Shown: one piece after another, positions 25,512-38,489 of the stretch
Layout: each line of letters starts with the position of its first letter
How positions within the stretch are numbered: the stretch's first letter is position 1
NCBI RefSeq assembly: GCF_001194135.2
Contig: NC_068983.1
Coordinates: 28,882,243 to 28,932,807, forward strand
Reading direction: 5' to 3'
Source of the DNA: Octopus bimaculoides
Taxonomy: Eukaryota
Length of the DNA stretch: 50,565 nucleotides
The notes under the pieces: generated by a model
What the model saw: only the letters and a program-made list of their open reading frames with translations
What the model was told of the DNA's origin: nothing
The model's database searches: none
Translations under genes and position numbers: made by a program

Positions 25512-25660
25512 CTGTGGGGAGAAGAAAATACCAAGATGTTGAGCAAAATAGAGAAAGAATTTGTTTTTTTTTTTTCCCCTGTTTTATAACAGGAACTGTT
25601 TTTCATAGATTTATGAATACAATATTTGGACACATCATCAGTGTTGTATTCTAGACTCAC

Positions 25661-25862
25661 AGAGGGTTTCAGGCCTTGCAACATACACCCTCATCCAAGT
25701 GACTTGATTGAAGTTGACCAAGTCTCCATTTTTGTCCAAGTGGTCTTCTGCTGACCTTAACCAGTTCCCTATTTTTAATCTAGATACTTTCTTTACAACT
25801 TTCACATTGTTCTTGATAGCTGATGTCCTTCTCAATCTCATTATACCCAAGGTTCCGTTACC
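25661..25862 (-). CDS. Internal exon E (202 nt, phase 0 to 1; alternative acceptor at 25881): GNGTLGIMRLRRTSAIKNNVKVVKKVSRLKIGNWLRSAEDHLDKNGDLVNFNQVTWMRVYVARPETL
   Basis: Only one open frame. Donor CTCT|GTGAGT. Acceptors TTTTTTCCCTTTATTAAG (25863) or GGGTTTGTAG (25882). Non-repetitive sequence. Confidence 0.78.
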
Positions 25863-26155
25863 CTTAATAAAGGGAAAAAACCTACAAACCCTTAAATATG
25901 TACCTCTATTGCCATGCACCTATCATTTCAACCATGTGTGAAAGAGGCCTTTATTTCATTGTTTATTTATGAAGGATCAAATCAAGCACAATTCGTTTGT
26001 TTATATGGCATTAAATACAAGATGAATCTATAAATAGAGCAACAGTTGCATAGACTTGACTTAAATCTAATAATCATCTCAGAAGACAAGAAGTATATTG
26101 GAGGTAGTGAAAAATTTAGGAAACAAGTGAAGTTATCAACCAAATCCAAACTTAC

Positions 26156-26167
26156 TCAATGGTATAG
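26156..26167 (-). CDS. Candidate 12-nt microexon D, CTATACCATTGA
   Basis: CTTCTTATTTCCCTACTAG|CTATACCATTGA|GTAAGT. It is open in phase 2 (YTI-E) when joined to the 25881 acceptor and contains TGA in phase 0. Confidence 0.4.
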   Translation of the reverse strand, partial: LYH

Positions 26168-28339
26168 CTAGTAGGGAAATAAGAAGAGTGACTGCTCCTA
26201 CCAAACATATTTTTCAAAATTGGCACCTTTTCAACAATACTTTTTTAACTCTTTAGTTCACTAGTTTGATAAAAGTTGAATCTCTATTTTCTCTGTTTGT
26301 TTGTTAATCGCATGACCAAGGAAGAATTTCAAGTCATTACTTTATCTGACCAGCCTCCCTTGTTTTTGAACTATCCGCTAAATTTCCTGTGATGTGTTGG
26401 TGGTTGTTGACATCTGAAGAACCAAAACAAACTCTGACATCATAACCTCTCGACACTGGACAATCCCATGGGGTTTCATCTTTTTCATGTCACACAGATG
26501 GAAACTGAAAGAAGTCTGTTGTACATATATGTGTATGAGTGTGTACATGTGTGTATGTGTGTGCGAGAGAGAGAGAGGGTCATTGTGTTTGTGTGTGTGA
26601 GAGGATCTTTGTGTCTGTGTTTGTCTCCCCGCCACCATTTGACAACTAGTGTTGGTCTGTATACATCATCTTAGCAGTTCAGCGATGGTGATTGATAGAA
26701 TAAATACCAGGTTGACTAAAACTCCTTCAAGCTGATGCCCCACCATGGCCACAGTTTCATACATAATGCCTTTATTATTGAAACATGAAATTAATGAACA
26801 TAGAATATAATTATGTATATTATAACTAATGAAATATTTTGCATAATATAAGAGAAATGAGTTAAAAATTATTTGGTATGCATAATGGTGCCTTTTTATG
26901 TGCTTTGTCCCACTAACTCCAGAACCTGGCTACATTTCTGCTTAAGATAGTTAAGTCAGTGCTAACATAGTGAACAAAAAACTATAAAAATTGCATCAAT
27001 AACAAAATAAAATGCATTATCTAAATAATTAATTCTGGTCAATAAAAGTAAGGTAGACAACTCCGCTGCCCTAACCACTGGGTCATTGCGCCTCCACAAT
27101 TCAAAATATAAACAGTAATAAACTATAAAATAATTTTTTATTTTTGAAAATGAAATAAAACTAACAGTAAGATGGAAAATAATATTTATTTTTTTTAATT
27201 CTTCCACTTAATTTATATTTGAAAAATTTTCTTTTACATTTCTTAATTGCAGAATCTTTGATCAGATCCTCACTATGACACAATGAACATTTCCAAATTA
27301 TATTCCTGATCATATAAACCATTTCGAATATCATTTTAGCAAGTTTAGAGTGATTCCTTTTGTGCCATAAAACCTTTACCATTTCTCTGGTTCCTCACTA
27401 ACCTTGATGCCCTTAGCATGTACTTATTTTGTTTAATGGTTAATCCAGTACTGACCTAGATACACAAAAAGCTAAGTTGGAATGCCTTTGATCACAGGTC
27501 TTACTAATCAGGACTGACCAAAGGTCAAACAACAGCTACAAGAAATAAAAAATAATTAATATTTTCATGATTTCTTCCAAATTCAACTTATGGAAGTCAG
27601 TGTACTTAATCTGGCCTCCCAGAAAAAAAGAAAGGAAGAAAAAAGAATGTAATTGGCAAATATACATATATCCAGGATGAAGACTTGGTGAAGAATGGAC
27701 TGTAATTTAAAACTCTATGGAATTATGAAATATTTGGCAATATCATGTTTGAAAGACAAGGAAAATAATAATGAAAAAAAATTGTTATGGAATGGTTGGC
27801 CACGCAAACAAAACTATTGTTTCTTTCTAAATATGAGAACAATTCTATCATCTCATCCTCACTGACTATGGGCGGAGGTATTTAATAAATTCAATCATCA
27901 TATTTCTAAACCTCAAAATAACCAAACATGAATACATTTCTAATGGATATACATAGATACACATAGACAGACACACACAGAGACTAACACTCACAGATAC
28001 ATAAACACAGTTGAATAAGTACTGATACATACTTCTACACATAGTTTTCATTTACATGCACGCATCATGAATACTGTTACACTTGCACAAATATCTATTA
28101 CATGTACACAATTATAATACAGTTATAGTACGTCATCAAAGTCACATACTTATGTGTGTATATTTACATACACAGCAAAAACTATGTTACCACAGATCTT
28201 AATGCTATAAGTGTTAATAAAACCACATTCATTTCATTAATAATTCTATCAAAAAAACATTATTACATCCCTAGATGAAAGGTAGAACATAAATTAGATA
28301 TTGTATGGTAATCTCTTCAGACAGGCATGCAGCCAGACA

Positions 28340-28431
28340 GAGTGACTGGTACAGAGACAGATAGATGGACTCAGAGGGAAAGAGAGAGAGAAGGAGAGAG
28401 AGAGACACACACACACAGAAAGAGAGACACA

Positions 28432-28469
<38 letters not shown>

Positions 28470-28800
28470 AACAGACAGAGAGAGACAAACAGACACAGAG
28501 AGAGAGACAGAGAGAGACAGACACAGAGAGAGACAGACACAGAGAGAGACAGACACAGAGAGACAGACACAGAGAGACAGACACAGAGAGACAGACACAG
28601 AGAGACAGACACAGAGAGACAGACACAGAGAGACAGAGAGAGAGAGAGACAGAGAGAGAGAGACAGAGAGACAGAGAGACAGACAGACAGAGAGAGAGAG
28701 ACAAAGACAGAGAGACAGAGAGAGAGAGACAGAAACATAGTTGGAGAGAAAGGCATACAGAGAATAGTAGGAGAGATAGAGAGAGAGAGAGAGGTGGGGT
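28340..28800. repeat. Compound (GA)/(GACA)/(CAGA)n low-complexity tract
   Basis: Direct reading. It is the source of the RE/SL pseudo-ORFs. Confidence 0.95.
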
Positions 28801-28959
28801 CAGTCAAGCAGTCAAGACAGAGAGAATGGCAAACAGATAATACAGAGAGCTATACTGAAAGAAAGACAGAGAGCGAAAAAGAGAGGGAGAGGAAGTAGGT
28901 GCATAGATAGTCTGATTGCCAGATAGACTGAGAAATTACCAGAGACACAGTAAAGACCA

Positions 28960-29203
28960 TTTTCATCATCATCACTACCATTTCACATACATTTTTGCCA
29001 TGCTTGCATAAGCTACTTGGACATGGCTTCTTCAGCCAATATCTCTCCACTTGTTGCGTGTCCCTTGTCACATCCTCAGCAAGATTCAGCAATTTCGAAA
29101 TCAACCTTCAACACATGACTTCTTTTTCTTCTTTTATTTCCATCTTCTGCAAATTCCTTTGACTTGTATTGCTTAGTAATTCTTCATCTAAACGTCTTCT
29201 TTC
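28960..29203 (-). mobile_element. Old RTE-like 3' end from a different family
   Basis: LLNLAEDVTRDTQQ resembles the RTE C-terminus. It is followed by GCAAGCATGGCAAAAATGTATGTGAAATGG and a (GAT)n tail, paralleling GCTAGCATGGAAAGCGGACGTTAAACGATGAT. Confidence 0.6.
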
Positions 29204-29480
29204 ACTCTTTTACTCTTTTACTTGTTTCAGTCATTTGACTGCGGCCATGCTGGAGCACCGCCTTTAGTCGAGCAAATCGACCCCAGGACTTATTCTTTGT
29301 AAGCCTAGTACTTATTCTATTGGTCTCTTTTGCCGAACCGCTAAGTGACGGGGACGTAAACACACCAGCATCGGTTGTCAAGCAATGCTAGGGGGACAAA
29401 CACANNNNNNNNNNNNNNNNNNNNNNNNNNNNNNNNNNNNNNNNNNNNNNNNNNNNNNNNNNNNNNNNNNNNNNNNNNNN

Positions 29481-29512
<32 letters not shown>

Positions 29513-29994
29513 GACAGGCTTCTTTCACTTTCCATCTACCAAATCCACTCACAAGGCTTTGGTCGGCCCGAGGCTATAGTAGAAGACACTTGCCCAAGAT
29601 GCCACGCAGTGGGACTGAACCCGGAACCATGTGGTTGGTAAGCAAGCTACTTACCACACAGCCACTCCTGCGCCTATATATATCATATGTCTCTGCTAGT
29701 ACTGTGCCCTGTTTCACACACTGCAGCTGGCTCTCTTTATACATAGTGTTTCTCCTATTTCACTTGTGCTTCATGATTCAAGCTTGCTAACATTACACAT
29801 TCTTTGGAGCATGCTCACCTCGTTTTTTTTTTTGTTTTTTTTTCCCAAGCCTTAGCATATCCCCTGTATTCAAGAGCCATCTTTTGTTATCATGCAATAT
29901 CACACTCAATAGCAAGCCTCATATATGCTTTTAATGCAGACAAAGGTTCCTTTTGAAGCAGGAATTTTTTGCCATTTCATTTTTACTCTGGCAA

Positions 29995-30197
29995 TTACGC
30001 TTTTTAAACATCTACTTTCATGCAGATGTAAGTGCACACACACACATACACAAATACACACCTGCATGTGCCTGCACACATACACACACATATACACAAA
30101 CACACACGCATGTACACACACATACACATACAGACATACACTCAGTTATATGCATACACACACACACACACTCATGTATATGCATGCACAGACATAG

Positions 30198-30256
<59 letters not shown>

Positions 30257-30273
30257 TCCATTTNNNNNNNNNN

Positions 30274-30315
<42 letters not shown>
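29995..30315. repeat. (CA)n / (CATA)n microsatellite region with a 10-N gap
   Basis: Direct reading. Confidence 0.9.
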
Positions 30316-30317
<2 letters not shown>

Positions 30318-30679
30318 TCCATTTATATAGAGAGGTAGCCTGATATAGAGAGAGAAAAGAGAAAAAGAGAAAAATGTAGACAGATAGATTGGAAGGAAAA
30401 TGCTTGATACAAAGAAAAAATATGTACGCACACACATATATGTGTGTGTATGAATAGATAAGCTGACTGACTCCCCCCACTCTCTTTCACTATGTATATA
30501 TATATATATATATATATAGGTGCAGGAATGGCTGTGTGGTGAGAAGCTTGCTTTCCAACAACATGATTCTGGGTTCAGTACCACTGTGTGGCACCTTAGG
30601 CAAATGTCTTCTATTATAGACTCAAGCTGACCAAAGCCGTGAGAGTGAATTTGATAGACAGAAGCTGGAAGAAGCCTGT

Positions 30680-30724
<45 letters not shown>

Positions 30725-33700
30725 TTCTGTGTGTTTGTATTTGTTCCCTGCCACCACTTCACAACCAATGTTGGTGTGTTTACATCATCATAACATAGCA
30801 GTTCAGCAAAAGAGACCAATAGAATAGGTGCCTTATTTCTTTGGGTTATTTCTGAGTTTGATTGATTCAACTATAAATTCTTCAAGGCAGTGAATATTCA
30901 CCACAAGCTGCCTGACAGGACATCTCAGTGGTTCAGTGACTATTCACCTTGCCAGCCACTGTTAAACTTAAGATAGTTATTCATTTAGCTTCTCAATGTG
31001 AGCATCTGTGTTTGTCCCCTCATCGCTTGACAGTGATGTTGGTGTGTTTACATTCCCGTAACCTAGCAGTTTGGCTAAAGAGACTGATAGAATAAGTACC
31101 AGGCTTACAAAGAATAAACCTTAGGGTCAATTTGTTTGACTAAAGGTGGTGCTCCAGCATGGCCGCAGTCAACTGACTGAAACAAGTAAAAGAATAAAAG
31201 AATATATATCTGTATGTATACCTTTGTGTCTATGTGTCCCCCAACACCACTTGACAACTAGCATTGATGTATTTACATCCTCTTAACTTAGTGGTTCAGT
31301 AAAGAAGACTGAGAACAATAGAATAAGTAGCAGACTAATGAAGAAGTACTGGGGTTAATTAGTTTGATTAAAATTCTTTGAGCTGGTGTCCCAACATGGT
31401 TGCAGTCTAACGATAGAAAAAAGTAAAAGTAAAATTTATAGTTGATGTTGACATCACATCATGAAAAATTGGAATACAAATCAAACAGAACTGGACAAAG
31501 GAATGAATTGGTCATTATATACAATCACTAAAGGATAATAGCCAACTTAGAAACATGATGAAAATTATCTCTGGAGTATATTCTACCAGAGAAATATAGT
31601 AAGTTGAAATGCTTAAATATGATCTCCAGGTGCCATATAATTGATAGATGCATATGAAACTAAGCAGAGTGATTTTAGTTCATCTAAATGAGGTATTTAA
31701 TCATTGAGAATGCCCAACGACTCAACAGGTGTATATTAAAAATTTCAATTACTTAATTACTAGAAATTTTAATTACTTAGTTTCTTGCATAAATGCTCTA
31801 AATATGTTAGCCCTCACTTAACAAGCTACCTACCTACCTACATTCATACATACATACATACATACATACAGGGGCTAAACATAGAGGGGATAAACAAGGA
31901 CAGACAAATGGATTAAGTCGATTATATTGACCCCAGTGTGTAACTGGTACTTATTTAATCGACCCCGAAAGGATGAAAGGCAAAGTCGACCTCGGCGGAA
32001 TTTGAACTCAGAACGTAGCAGCAGACGAAATACTGCTAAGCATTTTGCCCAGTGTGCTAACGTTTCTGCCAGCTCGCCGCCTTCTATTGTCATTATTATT
32101 ATCATTATAATCATCATCATCATCATCATGAAGGTGGCGAGGTGGCAGAATCATTAGCACACTGGGAAAAATACTTAGCAGCATTTCATCCATCTTTACA
32201 TTTTGAGTTCAAATCCCGCCTAGGTTGACTTTGCCTTTCATTTTTTGGGGGGTCAATGTAATAAGTACAAGATGAACACTGAGGTCAATGTAATCAACTT
32301 ATCCTCTACCCCCAAATTACTGGCCTTGCACAAACATTTGAAACCATTATTATAAATTGTAGCATTAGTGTTACCCAATTTTGAAAATGATGACTATGCT
32401 GATAACATCTGGTTATTAATGTTTTAGCATCATATATATTAAAGTGTTTTTGTTTCCTCCACAAGATCATGTTGCAAATGTTTCCACAATGGAACTGTCA
32501 TCTTGCACTCCTGGCAACAACAACTACTACTACTACTACTACTGCTAATGCCTTAAATTCCTTTTTAGCTGCAACCAGCTTTGATATTCAGGTTAACATT
32601 TTAAGTTTCCTACCTCATTTATCAACATTTATTTTCATCTTAACTGAAAAGGAATCTTTCCTCGAAATTCGTGTAGTTCTGTTAATGTAAATGTCAACAG
32701 CACTTGGAGAAGAAACAGAAAACAAAATTCAGAAACCCAGAATAATCCATCTGAATTCTTTAAACTAATCAATTTATTTAATCTAGTTGAGCTGTTTCAA
32801 TGAATGCCATTCAGAGTAAACACAAATATAAAAATAAAATTGTTTTAAAACTAATATTTTCAAGGAAACAAAAATAAATGATAAGAAAGAAAAAAAAAAT
32901 CAGCTGAACAATAACATTTCATTTTTGAACTAATACAAGACTTTTTGAGGAAATTTCTACCTTCAATAACTTTTAATAAAAGATTTTGAAAATATAATAT
33001 TTTCATATGAAATAATATCACAACTATCAAGATAGAATTCAGACAACCTGAGACTAAAGTCATGTAGTTGGTCTGTTGTAGGAGACGAGATGTATTTAAG
33101 TACAACTGGAAGGGCATCCAGACATAAAAGAAAGAACAAACAACAAAACAAAAAGAAGTGACATACACATCAACAGGAATTGGAATAGAGATTATTCAAT
33201 GGAATAACAGCCACTGTAAAGTGGTTGGTATTAGGAAGGGCATCCAGCCATAGAAATCATACCGAAGCAGACACTGGTGCATGATGCTGTCTTGGGCACA
33301 CTGGATTCTTGTTGATGATGTTGATACTGGATAAGTAAACAAAAGTGTGATATCTAACTCTGATATACAATTCAGGAAAAAATGTTTGCTTGTCTTCCAT
33401 CATTGATTGGGTCTGATAATGTCAGCTTACTTTGGCACAGACTTACGCCCTCCAATGTAGTGAGACATATCAAGTAGCAAGCTTCTTCCAATGTGATCAA
33501 TCTGCTGCAGTTCTGCCCCTGACCTAACCAACCAAATTGATCCTCATGTATTTGAGGTCTTCCTGGAATGTTTAGTGGCAGGTGTGTGGGGGCTATTTTC
33601 CTTCTTTTTTTGTTTTTTGATTTCTTTCTGCCAATAACCATATTATGGCATTTTTTACATGCCATGTAGCTTGTACATGTAGCAGGTGCAAAAGTGACCT

Positions 33701-33771
33701 GACCTGTCTGCAATAGTTCTACCAGCAGTTCTGCATGTCAACGAAACATGGAGAATATTGGCAAAGGTGAC

Positions 33772-33820
<49 letters not shown>

Positions 33821-34226
33821 TTCACTCATTCATGCATGCACAGTTTGCTAACATGGTCGAATTTACTACTGGAATATCATATTGATGAAGGAAATTGAGT
33901 AGTATCACTCATAATCCAGAAACGTGTCTACGATTAACTTCGGAATGGTTAGTTTTCATTGTTTTTTCTTCTTGTTTTTGCCTTTGTGAGTTACAAGTAA
34001 TGCTATCTGTTGGAGTCTCAGCTTTTTTAGCTGCTATTTCTGAACTTCGGTATGTGGTGAAGCAAATGTTTGCTGATCCCTTAATTATGTTTATAAATGT
34101 ATATGAACTTTTAAATAAGTTCTCCACCAATAATGGTGCTTACATACCGAAGGGCTTGGTAAAAATTATTAATTGTTGATTTATTAATAAATTAATAAAT
34201 TGATAAACCTTTACCCTTTTAATTTG

Positions 34227-34261
<35 letters not shown>

Positions 34262-34622
34262 GTGTGTGTGTATGTTTGTGTGTCTGTGTTTGTCCCGCTA
34301 GCATTGCTTGACAACTGATGCTGGTGTGTTTATGTCCCTGTAACTTAGCGGTTCAGCAAAAGAGACCGATAGAATAAGTACTAGGCTTACAAAGAATAAG
34401 TCCCGGGGTCAATTTGCTCGACTAAAGGCGGTGCCCCAGCATGGCCACAGTCAAATGACTGAAACAAGTAAAAGAGTAAAGAGAGTCTTTGAAAGATCCT
34501 CAAAGTCACATAGCAGGATAGAATTATTATGAAGGAGAAAATCCTTCAGTGAAGCAAATCCCAGAAACTGCAAAATGGTTTCAGCTACATACGTCTAATA
34601 GTATCAGCTATATGTGTCTTAC

Positions 34623-34647
34623 TTCTACAAGGAATGATTCCATTTTA
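34623..34647 (-). CDS. Short exon C (25 nt, phase 2 to 0): KMESFLVE
   Basis: CTTATTTTCATCTCTAG|TAAAATGGAATCATTCCTTGTAGAA|GTAAGA. Its phases bridge exon A and exon E exactly, and the join gives KMESFLVEGNGTLG, like a PH-domain first strand. Confidence 0.55.
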
Positions 34648-34734
34648 CTAGAGATGAAAATAAGATTTAAGAACAAGGAGTACACTACGTCCATGATGCT
34701 GAATTTGGGTAGATGCTATAAGACCCCACATTAC

Positions 34735-34740
34735 CCTGAG
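34735..34740 (-). CDS. Candidate 6-nt microexon B, CTCAGG (adds S-G)
   Basis: GTTTCTCTATTTTTCAG|CTCAGG|GTAATG. Frame-preserving in phase 2, with an 87-nt intron to exon C. Confidence 0.35.
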
Positions 34741-35094
34741 CTGAAAAATAGAGAAACATCATTGCCTGCATACCCTCCACTAATTTCCATCACTGCATTT
34801 TATAAAGTCAGTGAAAAATGAAGAAAGAATTCATCATTATCATCATTTAGTATTTGCTTAGTTGTGTGTCAGGCTTTCAAACAAATTGGCTGCCTGCCTG
34901 ACCTGAACTCTCCTCAGTAGGGTTTAAATGTCTGGCAGATCTGGGACCTGGTCTTGCCTGGTGATTTTCAACAGCTTTCTCAGACAGTTCATGGATGCTC
35001 TACATCTAAATAAAAGACGGAATAGTCATGAGTCATAGACCGCTGATCATAGCTCTGCTCAATCAGAGTTGACCTGAAGCTAAATAGCAATAGA

Positions 35095-35181
35095 GACAGC
35101 AACAACAACAACAAGAATAGCTGCTGCTGCTACCACCACCACCATCACTACCACCACCACCACCACCACTACTACTACCAT

Positions 35182-35214
<33 letters not shown>

Positions 35215-35330
35215 CATTACTATTACCACCACCACTACTACTACTACTACCATTACCACCACCACCACCACCACTACCACTACTACTACTACTACTACCA
35301 TTACCACCACTACTACCACTACTACTATTT

Positions 35331-35378
<48 letters not shown>

Positions 35379-35470
35379 TTACCACCACCACCACCACTAC
35401 TACTACCACCACCATTACCACCACCACTACTACTACTACTACCACCATTACCACCACCACTACTACTACC

Positions 35471-35510
<40 letters not shown>

Positions 35511-35600
35511 TTACCACCACACTACTACTACTACAACTCCTACTACCACCTCCACCACCACTACTACTACAACTACCACCACTACCACCACTACTACTAC
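35095..35600. repeat. Mixed (ACT)/(ACC)/(ATT) trinucleotide array, about 500 bp
   Basis: Direct reading. It is the source of the poly-Val pseudo-ORF. Confidence 0.95.
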
Positions 35601-35909
35601 TAGAATTTCAAGACGTAAGCAGACTATGGGCTTTGCACTCATTGACTAATGAATAAAAATCTACACAAGCTCTCTCTTACCTCATAAGCATACTATCAAA
35701 TTCATTAAAATACATATAGAAATTTCTAAGTAGATTTGACTCCAGTATTAAAAACTATAGATAAAGATCAATATCTAATCAGCAGTATAGAATGGCTTAG
35801 CTAACATTTATTTCCTAAGTCGTGTTCATCCTATGATAATAATAATTAGATAAATGGAACTAACTAGTCATTATCTAAAATGGCATCTGGTCTTAAACCA
35901 CTAGGGAAT

Positions 35910-35920
35910 GATGTTGGTGG

Positions 35921-35953
<33 letters not shown>

Positions 35954-36390
35954 GGATGATGACGATGGTGGTGGTGGTGATGATGATGAAGATGATGATG
36001 ATGATGATGATGATGGTGATGATGATGGGGATGATGATGATGGTCGTTGTCGTCATCCACTAGCACCACCCCTGCCAACACAACCACCACTACCACTACC
36101 CCCCCGTCCCTGCATGTAATTCACATGCACCCTCATGTCCCACATGCGTCTCCATCCCTCTGCATACATTCCCTATCATCATCATCATCATTGTGATCAT
36201 CATCATCATCATCATCATGAAAATCAACATCGGTATCAAAGTCATCATTGTTATTATCATCAGTAGCAGCAGAACCTTCAGTATCAAAGACGTTCTCACC
36301 CCTCCTCCTCCTCCTCCTCATCAACATCATCATCGTCACCATATGTTCTTAGATGTTAGTGTATCACAGACCAAAATGATAATTTCATTA

Positions 36391-36443
<53 letters not shown>

Positions 36444-36474
36444 TAATAATAATAATAAATATAATAATAATAAC

Positions 36475-36510
<36 letters not shown>
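35910..36510. repeat. (GAT/GGT)n, (CAT)n and (AAT)n microsatellite cluster
   Basis: Tracts at about 35910-36040, 36170-36340 and 36390-36510. Confidence 0.93.
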
Positions 36511-36512
<2 letters not shown>

Positions 36513-37170
36513 TAGCAACAACACAGTATTCTGACCAATGATGTATGTTAACCTACTTCATGTAGAACACCAAAAGGGTGGGAGCTGTAGTGGTGGCAGT
36601 GAGGTAGGCAGTTCAAATAAAGAAAGATTATTAAATTGCCAACACTCTAATTATACTCTATACTATATCATGCTATTTGCAACATTAAATTCTACTAGAT
36701 ATGATAATGAATGAACTTGCATCATCATTACATGCCCTTAATACATGAGAAAAAGCAGTGGTTCAGAGTATGTACGCAGTATTCTAGAATCTAATTTGTA
36801 TATAATTCACAAGCAGTTTAATCTAATGGCATACATGTTTGCAAAGAATTAGAACCTTTCGTTATTAAGATGTTGATGAAGGTCGTGAATTATCAGAATG
36901 GTTAGAGAATCAGACAAAATGTTTGTGGTATTTGTAGAGGTTCTTTTATGTTTTGAGTTCAAATCTTACCAGGGTCAAGTTTGATTTTTGTTCTGCCACA
37001 GTCACAGCGCAGGAGTGGCTGTGTGGTAAGTAGCTTGCTTACCAACCACATGGTTCTGGGTTCAGTCCCACTGTGTGGCAACTTGGGCAAGTGTCTTCTA
37101 CTATAGCCTCGGGCCAACCAAAGCCTTGTGAGTGGATTTGGTAGACAGAAACTGAAACAAGCCCGTTGTA

Positions 37171-37205
<35 letters not shown>

Positions 37206-38020
37206 NNNNNNNNNNNNNNNNNNNNNNNNNNNNNNNNNNNNNNNNNNNNNNNNNNNNNNNNNNNNNNNNNNNNNNNNNNNNNNNNNNNNNNNNNNNNNNN
37301 NNNNNNNNNNNNNNNNNNNNNNNNNNNNNNNNNNNNNNNNNNNNNNNNNNNNNNNNNNNNNNNNNNNNNNNNNNNNNNNNNNNNNNNNNNNNNNNNNNNN
37401 NNNNNNNNNNNNNNNNNNNNNNNNNNNNNNNNNNNNNNNNNNNNNNNNNNNNNNNNNNNNNNNNNNNNNNNNNNNNNNNNNNNNNNNNNNNNNNNNNNNN
37501 NNNNNNNNNNNNNNNNNNNNNNNNNNNNNNNNNNNNNNNNNNNNNNNNNNNNNNNNNNNNNNNNNNNNNNNNNNNNNNNNNNNNNNNNNNNNNNNNNNNN
37601 NNNNNNNNNNNNNNNNNNNNNNNNNNNNNNNNNNNNNNNNNNNNNNNNNNNNNNNNNNNNNNNNNNNNNNNNNNNNNNNNNNNNNNNNNNNNNNNNNNNN
37701 NNNNNNNNNNNNNNNNNNNNNNNNNNNNNNNNNNNNNNNNNNNNNNNNNNNNNNNNNNNNNNNNNNNNNNNNNNNNNNNNNNNNNNNNNNNNNNNNNNNN
37801 NNNNNNNNNNNNNNNNNNNNNNNNNNNNNNNNNNNNNNNNNNNNNNNNNNNNNNNNNNNNNNNNNNNNNNNNNNNNNNNNNNNNNNNNNNNNNNNNNNNN
37901 NNNNNNNNNNNNNNNNNNNNNNNNNNNNNNNNNNNNNNNNNNNNNNNNNNNNNNNNNNNNNNNNNNNNNNNNNNNNNNNNNNNNNNNNNNNNNNNNNNNN
38001 NNNNNNNNNNNNNNNNNNNN

Positions 38021-38224
38021 GCCGGTAATAAACACACGCACTGGTTCAGTCCTTTATTAATTTATATAGTTTTTTGTTAAATTATTTCATTGCACTCTTG
38101 CAATCTCTTCAGTAACTTGTCTCTCCAAGTTACTGAAGAGATTGCAAGAGTGCAATGAAATAATTTAACAAAAAACTATATAAATTAATAAAGGACTGAA
38201 CCAGTGCGTGTGTTTATTACCGGC
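38021..38224. repeat. Perfect 99-bp inverted repeat with a 6-bp spacer
   Basis: 38021-38119 is the exact reverse complement of 38126-38224; the spacer is TCTCTC. Confidence 0.95.
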
Positions 38225-38489
38225 ATAATGCCTCTCCCAAGGTTTAATTGTATTTCTTTCAACACACGTATCCACATCAAGAATCTTGCACACGAAATAC
38301 ACATACGAAAACAATAATACATATAGATATAGAGAAAAGAAAACAGGCACTTTGTCAGTTATAATGACAAGGGTTCCAATCCTTGTTGATCTAATCAGCA
38401 GAACGGCCTGCTTGTGAAATTAACATGCAAATAGTTGAGCACTCCACAGATGCACATGCACTTAACACAGTTCTCAAGGAGATTCAATG

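Noticed and set aside
25661-25900. Resemblance of EFFPFIKGN..TSAIKNNVKVVKK and NGDLVNF to the HECW helical box, and of GNGTLGIMRL to the Smurf C2 domain
   Set aside because: Spacing does not fit, and these E3 ligases are normally far better conserved. No gene symbol was assigned.
27161-27382. Lys-rich ORF MVKVLWHKRNHSKLAKMIFEMVYM
   Set aside because: No acceptor or donor, AT-rich and unrecognised.
28271-28898. RE-rich and SL-rich ORFs resembling RS or RE-repeat proteins
   Set aside because: Translations of a (GA)/(GACA) microsatellite that is open in several frames on both strands.
30200-30325. Apparent tandem duplication (CA)n-AATCCATTT on both sides of a 10-N gap
   Set aside because: Typical false duplication from unmerged overlapping contig ends.
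33909-34130. Stop-free stretch VENLFKSSYTFINIIKGSANICFTTYRSSEIAAKKAET
   Set aside because: No usable splice sites and no motif I can place. It may be an old LINE ORF1 relic but this is unsupported.
35080-36538. Poly-V, poly-D, poly-H and poly-N ORFs
   Set aside because: Trinucleotide microsatellites with no splice or codon evidence.
36959-38080. Long ORFs of 284-360 aa
   Set aside because: Almost entirely X from the 37206-38020 N gap, plus SINE and (TA)n sequence.
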